Both the position numbers and the translations under genes were made by a program. The notes under the pieces were generated by a model that saw only the letters and a list, made by a program, of their open reading frames with translations, did no database searches and had not been told where the DNA came from. A DNA stretch of 64,000 nucleotides from Macrostomum lignano (Eukaryota), in the NCBI GenBank assembly GCA_002269645.1, contig NIVC01001988.1, positions 124,001 to 188,000 of the forward strand. Reading direction: 5' to 3'. Of this stretch, positions 56,048-64,000 are shown piece after piece. Positions within the stretch are counted from its first letter, which is position 1, and every line of letters begins with the position of its first letter.

Positions 56048-57703
56048 ATGCTGACACTCACTGTTCTGCCGCTGCTCGTCCTGCTGGCTGCCGGAGCTGC
56101 CGAGGCCGGCGGCGTCACCTGCACCAGCCTGCACCCGCTGGACAGCATCTGCGCCACAGCTGGCGAGGGCTTCTCCTTTAGCGACGGCTGCAACCGCGTA
56201 CGCTGTCTTGCTGGCGGTCTCGCCGCCTCCTCCCGACGTCGCTGCCCGACCGAGGACCCGCTGTCCGCCAAGGACCGCAGCCAGTGCGTTAGCGTTGGCT
56301 TCGCCATCTTCGACCGCGTTCCGCCGCGCTCCTGCCCCAACGCCTCGCCCGAGTCCGTCTGCCGCCCAGGGCGCGGCGGCGGCGGCTTCCGCTTCACCGA
56401 CGGCTGCAACATGATCGCCTGCTCTGAAGATGGCTCTGTGGTCGGCGTCACCAGGCGCTCCTGCCCGGCTGGCGAGTCGGACTCCGCCTTCTGCCGATTC
56501 ATCGAGCGCCTCAATGAGGAGAGCGCTGAGCAGGGGCCGCCCACCAGCGGCAAGAGGGGGTAGGAGGCGTGAAGAAGCAGAACATGTTTACCTCTTCTGC
56601 CCGCACTGAACCTTTATTTAAGCAAACAATGTTGTGTTTTGTTCGCAATTACTGCTTTCGGCGTCTGCACTTTGGCAAGCCTGTTTGACATTTTGAAATA
56701 AAACTCTATCGGCTTTCAAAACCAGAAAAACCGGTAAATGAATCGAACCCTAAAAAGTCGCCGAGGTAACTAAATTGAAGTCTCGCGATTCTCTAAAGAA
56801 TAGCAAGACAGTTGATTTTAACTTTTCTTAGCATAAAATTGATTTGACTTTTAAATTGACTTTTAATTGTTTCCTGCCTGCCTGCCTGTCTTAAAAATAT
56901 TTAATTAGCACACCGTAACCTTTTAGTTTGCATACAGTATATTAAAGGCTTATAAGATAGGGTATCTACCAATAATGCAATAGCTGCACCCCAAGGGTGC
57001 TAATCAACTAGTCCAACTATCCAACTATACTAAATATCTACTCGCATATATTTATATTATTAGAAGTCAAAAAGGGTGCCAGAAATAGTAGCTTCAAGAG
57101 ACACAACTTTTTAGATTTTCCATTGAAACAAATTGTCTTTTTTAACACTGTGAATCGTGTTAGCATTGTCTTACGCAAAAATTCACCAAGCCTGAACAGC
57201 CAAGCTGCACCGAACCCATCGTAAAACCGACCTGCAGGTCCATGCGCCGGCGGCGCCGCAACTTCAGCCAGGAGTTCGCTTGTCCGCGGCTGGCAGCCGA
57301 GCGGATCTGCGACCCGGCCACCAACGGGTTCACCTACTCGGACGGCTGCAACACGGTCACCTGCCACGCTGACGGCACCGGCCAGACCACCTTCAAGGCC
57401 TGCCCTCGGCCTGATGAGGCTGGCGACAGAGCCGCAGCTGCCGCGGCCTACTGCGAGTCTGCCGAGCGGCAGATGCGGGCCAAGATGCAGCGGGCCAGCC
57501 TCCGCAGGCGCTGCCTGCAGCCGGAGACGGTCTGTGTTGCTGACGCGGTCAGGCGCAGGCAGGTGTTCAACGACGGCTGCAACAGGTGCGTGTGCAGAGC
57601 CCTGGGAGAGGCCTCGTGCACCCGGCGCTCCTGCCCGGCGCTGCTCATGACAGAGGAGGAGTTCCGGGGCTACTGCGAGCGGCGCGGAGCCGACAGGCAC
57701 TGA
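56048..57703 (+). CDS. Secreted pacifastin-like serine protease inhibitor precursor, 4 modules (proposed exons 56048-56559, 57238-57703; 325 aa)
   Basis: Signal peptide MLTLTVLPLLVLLAAGAAEA; four F..DGCN modules, the last being canonical CNxCxCxxxGxxxCTxxxC. Donor GG|GTAGGA and acceptor CTGCAG|G join in frame. The alternative is two separate ORFs, the second without a signal peptide. Confidence 0.75.
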
Positions 57704-57893
57704 CGAGTTTCTTGAGCTGAGCTGCACTGCCAGCTGACCCTTCTCTGACGGATAATAAATTAATGATTGAAGCTGACAATTGAAGATTGTTCTCAGAATT
57801 CTTCTAAGTTGGTGTAGACATTTGAATCTACGAGTATAGTTAGTGCGTGTAGTCTTTGTTCTGTTCATTTCATTCTCGGGGACTAGCCCTGAT

Positions 57894-58478
57894 ATGCTGG
57901 CGCCCCCTGGTGCTGGCGCCCCCTGGTGCTGGCGCCCCCTGGTGCTGGCGCCCCCTGGTGCTGGCGCCCCCTGGTGCTGGCGCCCCCTGGTGCTGGCGCC
58001 CCCTGGTGCTGGCGCCCCCTGGTGCTGGCGCCCCCTGGTGCTGGCGCCCCCTGGTGCTGGCGCCCCCTGGTGCTGGCGCCCCCTGGTGCTGGCGCCCCCT
58101 GGTGCTGGCGCCCCCTGGTGCTGGAGCCCCCTGGTGCTGGCGCCCCCTGGTGCTGGCGCCCCTGGTGCTGGCGCCCCCTGGTGCTGGCGCCCCCTGGTGC
58201 TGGCGCCCCCTGGTGCTGGCGCCCCCTGGTGCTGGCGCCCCCTGGTGCTGGCGCCCCCTGGTGCTGGCGCCCCCTGGTGCTGGCCCCCTCTGGTGCTGGC
58301 GCCCCCTGGTGCTGGCGCCCCTGGTGCTGGCGCCCCCTGGTGCTGGCGCCCCCTGGTGCTGGCGCCCCCTGGTGCTGGAGCCCCCTGGTGCTGGCGCCCC
58401 CTGGTGCTGGCGCCCCCTGGTGCTGGCCCCCCTGGTGCTGGCCCCCCTGGTGCTGGCCCCCCTGGTGCTGGCGCCGCT
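57894..58478. repeat. 16-bp minisatellite (GGTGCTGGCGCCCCCT), about 37 copies
   Basis: Directly visible. Confidence 0.98.
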
Positions 58479-58579
58479 GGTCATTAAGCGTCTATCTTGC
58501 TAATGAAGCATAAAAATACGAGTATTATTAAGGGTCACAACAAGATAAGAAGGAAATGAAAGCAATGCTTATTTCAAAA

Positions 58580-58850
58580 ACGTCGGCTGGCAAACGTCCC
58601 GCAGGCAAACGTGGCTGGCAAACTTCCCGCAGGCAAACGCGGCTGGCAAACGTCCCGCAGGCAAACGCGGCTGGCAAACGTCCCGCAGACAAACGTCGGC
58701 TAGCAAACGTCGGCTGGCAAACGTCGGCTGGCAAACGTCGGCTGACAAGCGTCCCGCTGGCAAACGTCGGCTGGCTAACGTCCGGCAGGCAAACGTCGGC
58801 TGGCAAACGTCGGCTGCCAAAGGTCCGGCAGGCAAACTTTGTAGACCCCA
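58580..58850. repeat. About 14-bp minisatellite (GGCAAACGTCGGCT / GGCAAACGTCCCGCA), related to the 6884-8525 arrays
   Basis: Directly visible; terminal GCAAACTTTGTAGACC resembles the outer ends of the 6884 and 8525 arrays. Confidence 0.9.
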
Positions 58851-59704
58851 CTCGTACGACAAAAAAATTCAACACCGCTAGAACAGCGATCTCAGTTCAA
58901 GGCGAAGCCTAAAAAGGCACAGCGCCACCCACCCCAACGCCACACACCCACCCCCAGGGGTGGAGTCAAGCAACCCCCTCCCAGCCAATCGCAACGCCGG
59001 TTAGCCCACGCCGTGCAAGCCGGCTAGGCAAACCGGTCATAAAATGCCCGGGGATTTACCAAACTCGTGTGCTGTGGGGTGTCTCACGATAAATTTCCGA
59101 TTCTCATCTGAAGCTGCCGCATGGCTCAACGTAATTTCGCTTAGCTCTCTGTGCCAGTTGCATCAGAAATGTGCCTCAGTACCCGCTAGCGGGGCTTAAA
59201 ATGAGAAGAAGTTCCATTGCTAATAGTTAATCCACAAATTACGTTAGAAAAAAATTGAGATTCCCTCGCCTTTTTACTGTTGAAGTAAGCGACTGACAGT
59301 GTCTACAGCTCGTATCCAGTGAATAAATAGTCTGCAATGTCTATTGACGTTAAGACAACGGAATTGGCCGCCTCATGCCCAGTTTCAGTGGTAACTGTTT
59401 GCTGGGAAATCAACCTGGCAAGTTGCAAGCTGAAAGCTTCCGGCCTGACAAATCGCAGCTAAGCTGCATGGGTAGTGAAGCAACTCTGAGCGCAAACACG
59501 GTTAAAACAAATTTCAGAAGAAATTTTCGAACTGCTCCAATATTAAAACCGACCCGCAAGCTTTTCAGGTTTCCTGGCTTTAGGACAACTTGCCGCATCA
59601 AATGCACACAAGTTCGAGATTAAGAACTAAAGAACGTTGCCTAAAAGGTTGCAAAAATTAAAATAATTTCGATGTCTCTGACTTCAAGACTTTGGACAAA
59701 GACC

Positions 59705-60782
59705 ATGGGTAAGGTGTAAAACTTTTGTATCGGCAAAATTTTGCAAAAATAACTTAACTGATTGATCCATTTCAGGCAGCATCCTCGTCCTGACCTGCTA
59801 CTGCCAGCTGATCGACTGCGGAAGCTCTGATGTTGTGTGGCGGAGGCTGGTGGTGCCACAGTGCCTGCCCGAACTTCTGGCAGAGCGGCTGGCCGAGACC
59901 CCTGCTGACACCGTCGAGTGTCTTCTTGAGGCTGCTGTCGCCGGTGCCTCGAGCGGCCTGCAGGTGGCCCAGTTCGACTCGGACAATCGCCAGTGCTCGC
60001 TCTTCCAATACACCGCAGTGTGCCACCTCATCGATGGACTCGCTGCTGCAGAGAGCTCGCAGCCCCGCCGCTGTGCCGCATTCGCCAATGCCAGAGCCGC
60101 CAAGTTCCTCACCTTGAGCAGGAAGCTCATGCTGGGTGTGGGCTCGAAGCTGAGGGCCGCCTGGGTGATGAGCGACGATGCGGACGCCAGCAGGAGCAAC
60201 TTGGTGTGCGGCCAGACGCAGCAGTGGATGTCGGAGAATGTGGAGTGGAGCAGCGAGGGAGCCAAGCTCGACGGAGTGTCGTCCAAGATGTGGCTGGAGA
60301 ACGTGGAGTTCGCGAGCGTGCAGCAAGGACTCACGTGGCTGCTCAGGCTCAAGCGGACTGTCCGGAAGGAGGCAACGCTGCTCGAATTCTACAACTGCAA
60401 CTCCAAGGCCCTTTGTGCGGGTTTTTGGGACGGTTGGACTGGAGGATGGGGCCTGTACTTCTTCAGGGTGGCTTCATCCTTTTTTGACTACATCACATCT
60501 TCTGCCACGAACTCGTTTGACCCGAATCGATTCGTTGAGGTCGGCGTCAGTTCGGCGTCTCTTTCAAGCCGCGACTTCTTCTCCAACTCCGGGTTCGTGC
60601 CGCGGTCTGCTGTGAGCGCTGGTACTCACCGCGAGGCTGCCGTGCCGACATGCCGCTGCATCCGCTTGGGATTTCGACCTGGCGACCCGCGAATGCTGAA
60701 GGGCACGGTGCAGGCGGTGGCCATCATGAACGACACTATGACGGAGGCTGAGATTCGCAGCTTCTTCGGTCTACTGCGCTGA
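59705..60782 (+). CDS. Secreted protein with PAN/apple-like N-terminal module and C-terminal LamG/concanavalin-like domain (exons 59705-59708, 59776-60782; 336 aa)
   Basis: ACCATGG|GTAAGG donor and TTTCAG|GC acceptor give MGSILVLTCYCQLIDC (signal-like). EC..FDSDNRQCSLF is PAN-like; the C-terminus IRLG..MLKGTVQAVAIMNDTMTEAEIRSFF fits the LamG_3 end. Confidence 0.65.
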
Positions 60783-61306
60783 AGTTCGTTGCAAGTTTGC
60801 TGATTGTTGAAGAATCAACCAGTTATGTTGTAACATGAGACAATTTTTCTGGAAAAACACTGAGCTAATTTTACAATAAGAGACTGTGCATTCCATAAGT
60901 ACCATTTAAACGATCTTTTCAGTTGATTTCGGCATGAAAATTTCTATATTTCTTATGTATTTGCTCACACAGAGTTTCTCTGTAATTGCCCACCTGAATC
61001 AAACACATGAGCAGTGGTGTCACTGCAGGTCCTAGCGACTTTACTTGGGTCAGGCTACCTTGTTAGATGCTTTAAAACTGAACTATGGAATTTCTGTGTG
61101 TTAGTCTATAGGCAAAACTGAGTCAAGTCATGCTTGCAAGCGAAGGAGAAAAAACATACGAACAGAAGTATACCGAGGTGACGAAAGTATTTATTTGACT
61201 GCATAGCACGAAACCATGTACAATAATAGACCAACACAATCTGATTGGCGGAGTGTTAAAACCATGCACACTACGAAGCGCCCAAGTGCAAACGGGTAGG
61301 GGTAAG

Positions 61307-61310
<4 letters not shown>

Positions 61311-61388
<78 letters not shown>

Positions 61389-61394
61389 AGAGAG
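61311..61394. repeat. (GA)n microsatellite
   Basis: Directly visible; a shorter run is at 61692-61717. Confidence 0.98.
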
Positions 61395-61686
61395 GTCACG
61401 GCGTGTTAAAATATTAAGCAGTTTGAATAAAATAAATGACAAAGTGAATAAATATTGTACTTCAATAGGGTAAACTGAGCGCATTGGTTAAAACGATTCA
61501 ATGGTTTCCCGGCTGAGACTTCTTACACTTATTGGGAGCCAGAAGGCTTCTGTAAATTACGTTGCCGTGTAAATCCGGCAAGTATGCGGGAGCCTGGTTT
61601 ATCTTGTAGCTTATCAAAGTTTTTAGCAATCTCGTTGGCGAGCCAGACCGTAGATGGGTGAAAAGGAAGTACCAGTGGGATGGGTC

Positions 61687-61717
<31 letters not shown>

Positions 61718-61938
61718 TGAAACAACGTGAAAACCAAAGTTTAACCCCAGCACCCCATTAGAGTGAGAGGATACTCGTTCGTATAAATGAATCCCAAGGA
61801 AACGTATTGCGCATGAGTACTTCTGATTGGCTGCCAGGAGAAAAAGCAATGACATTTAAATTTCGTCAGACTGAACTCACACATGGCAGAACATTGCCCA
61901 TTTGTCACATCTGCTTCACTGCCAATGAAAGCAAAATC

Positions 61939-62631
61939 ATGCAGCTTCAATCGCTGTTGCAGCTGCAGTTTCTGATGCTCACTGCAGTATCCGCCTGTCA
62001 GCTCCCTTTCACCATCACAAACGGCCACTGCCTCTTCATCGAATGCTCCCCGAAGAGACTGTGGTGCGATGCAGCTGAGCGCTGCTTGCAAATCGGTGGC
62101 GAACTGCTGCTGGATCTTGGGGTGATGCGAGCCGTGCGATCGCAAATCTCCGCCTGGTCCTGGGTTGGATTCTCGGACTTGACGCGCGAGCGGCAGACAT
62201 CCCGCACTGGTTGGAAGCTCACGAATGGCTCGCTTCTTCAGTCCGAAGATTCGGATTGGAATGGGCCTTCTCCTAGAAATTCCGCTGCCAATGACGACTT
62301 CGGCTTGATAATCAACACTGGACTCGGGGACGGCATGCTGAAACTTCATGGCACAGTCTGCCAGCCAATCACAACGCCGAACAGCTCCTACCTTAAGGTC
62401 ACTGAGTTTCTCAAGCTCGGTGACATCAGTCCTGACTACTGCTTCACTGAGGTCGCGGCTGTTTACAAGAAGTTTGACTGTCTGTCCCTCTGCTCACGCC
62501 GCTGGCAGTGCAGGGCTGCTCTGCACAATGCTGTGCAAGGCAGGTGCCGGATGTTGGACTTCACTGACGCCAGTGTTGGTGACGCGATCGAGCTGGACCC
62601 CAACTGGAAGAAGTACGTCAAGGTGTACTGA
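61939..62631 (+). CDS. Secreted C-type lectin-domain + PAN/apple-domain protein (230 aa)
   Basis: Signal MQLQSLLQLQFLMLTAVSA. CTLD: C..F....GHCL..W.DA..RC...GGEL..WVG..W..TNG..W..VCQ. PAN: DCLSLCSRRWQCRAALHN...RCRML. Confidence 0.8.
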   Translation: MQLQSLLQLQFLMLTAVSACQLPFTITNGHCLFIECSPKRLWCDAAERCLQIGGELLLDLGVMRAVRSQISAWSWVGFSDLTRERQTSRTGWKLTNGSLLQSEDSDWNGPSPRNSAANDDFGLIINTGLGDGMLKLHGTVCQPITTPNSSYLKVTEFLKLGDISPDYCFTEVAAVYKKFDCLSLCSRRWQCRAALHNAVQGRCRMLDFTDASVGDAIELDPNWKKYVKVY

Positions 62632-64000
62632 TGATCTTGCTGGAGACTCCCACTTGAGTGAATTACTTTAACAAAGAAAACTAACAAATCTGACAAGGAA
62701 CCCAATTAAACAGAAATATCCGTGAGAAGTTTAATAAAAAGTAATTTTATCAAGGCAATTTCTTTATATTAAAATAGTATCTGATGAGCACTCGCTGTAT
62801 TTCTTAAAATAATCCTAAACGAATAAGCTGCTGTGATTAAGCGTTTTACCTTCTCGAGAAATGAATTCGAGTCAATTCAAATAGAGCACGAAAGATGGCT
62901 GCATCAAAAACTCACTGTTGTTGTTTTTCTGTTAAATTATTGTTGACTCACCACCGCCATAACTATTTGGCTGTCTTTTATGACACAAAACACAATCCAC
63001 AACGTCAGCCAGTCCCAGCCTCCTGCAGAATCCTTGCTGCCTGCATGGTGCTTGCTCGCCTCCTACCTGCAGATAGTCACTTGTCCAAGATTCGAATGTG
63101 CTGCCTCTGCCTCATCAGTCACTGCAGCCATCATCGACAGGCCTCAGTCTGGGTCGCACACAGCCTTCTGCTCTGTCTAAGTTTTCGACTCACTCACAAC
63201 TCTGTACCTATCGCTTCTTCACATAGATTTTGTACAGTGTTGGTGCAGGCGCATTCCCTCACATTTACTGCATTGCATGGTTGCACACAAAGTGACTGAG
63301 CACACTGCTGCATAGTCAATCATAGAAGTGACATCACTAGGAGTCGATGCAGTCAAAGCCATTATCCAATCGATAGAAAATTGGATAGAAATGACCTTGA
63401 GCTGAGCCAATGACTAAAAAGATAATGGAAGCTGCTGCAAGCGCTGCTGTGGCATTCACTGTCGGGAGTGGAGGGAAATTTGAAGCAGCAGCAGCAGCAA
63501 CAGCAACAGCAATTCGGACCTAAGCGGTCATCTTGAAATATATCCGCCAATAAGATAACGCACCACAATAGCGTCATCGATTGGTGTCCCCTCTGAGCGG
63601 CTCAACCGCATACAACAACAACAGGCAGCAGCAATGTTGTTGCATGCATTGGCTGATGCTGCAGCTGAAATTTCTGAAGTAATGCATGAGGCAGCAGCTA
63701 GAAAACTCTTTTCGACGTTATCAAAACAATTTGTAGCAAAAAGCATGAGGAGCGCATCATAGAGATGGTTTTCGAGAGGGCAGAAACACTGCCTCACTAA
63801 CTCCGCAACTTTCTGTGCTGTCACTCAGAACAGCACGCAATGTGGAAAGCAAGTTGCTGCAACTGCAATCATCCACCATGCCTTTTTGTTCGAAACTGCA
63901 ACTGAAGTATCTCCCGCTGCAAAACCCTTTTAGTTTCTGCTGCTGGGTGACTCTTCAAGTGGACGACGAAGAATACTTCACTATCGTAGCACGAAATTGA

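Noticed and set aside
9680-63120. Hammerhead cores (CTGATGA/CTGAGGA hits at about 9690, 11720, 26578, 29706, 62781, 63112)
   Set aside because: None has a paired stem II followed by GAAA and closing stems.
62895-64000. Short ORFs with poly-Cys/Ala tracts at the window end
   Set aside because: Driven by CAG/CAA triplet runs; no consistent frame or domain. May belong to a feature extending beyond the window.

Overview
Repeat-rich metazoan genomic DNA. GC-rich, intron-poor genes with poly-Ala/Pro tracts sit among about 15 kb of minisatellites; this style suggests a flatworm such as Macrostomum (inference only). Nine host genes lie on the + strand: BLOC1S2 (4 exons), UBE3D-like, DHFR, an AMPA-like ionotropic glutamate receptor, SETD2-like (3 exons), a BTB + Cys-rich protein, and three secreted proteins (a 4-module pacifastin-like protease inhibitor precursor, a PAN-like/LamG protein, a C-type lectin/PAN protein). 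Mobile DNA: a decayed Ty3/Gypsy element, a near-intact full-length LOA-like non-LTR retrotransposon inside a minisatellite, a 5'-truncated relative, two tRNA-headed SINE copies, and a palindromic MITE-like element. Best leads: (1) pacifastin-like modules that have lost exactly the C3-C5 disulfide pair but carry an extra flanking Cys pair; (2) minisatellite arrays whose edge units overlap splice donors, start codons and stop codons, with one family shared between two loci; (3) an AMPA-like subunit with Asn at the Q/R/N site and an altered SYTANLAAF gate; (4) a 13-nt 3' motif shared by two divergent LINEs. All homology calls are by motif recognition; no searches were run.
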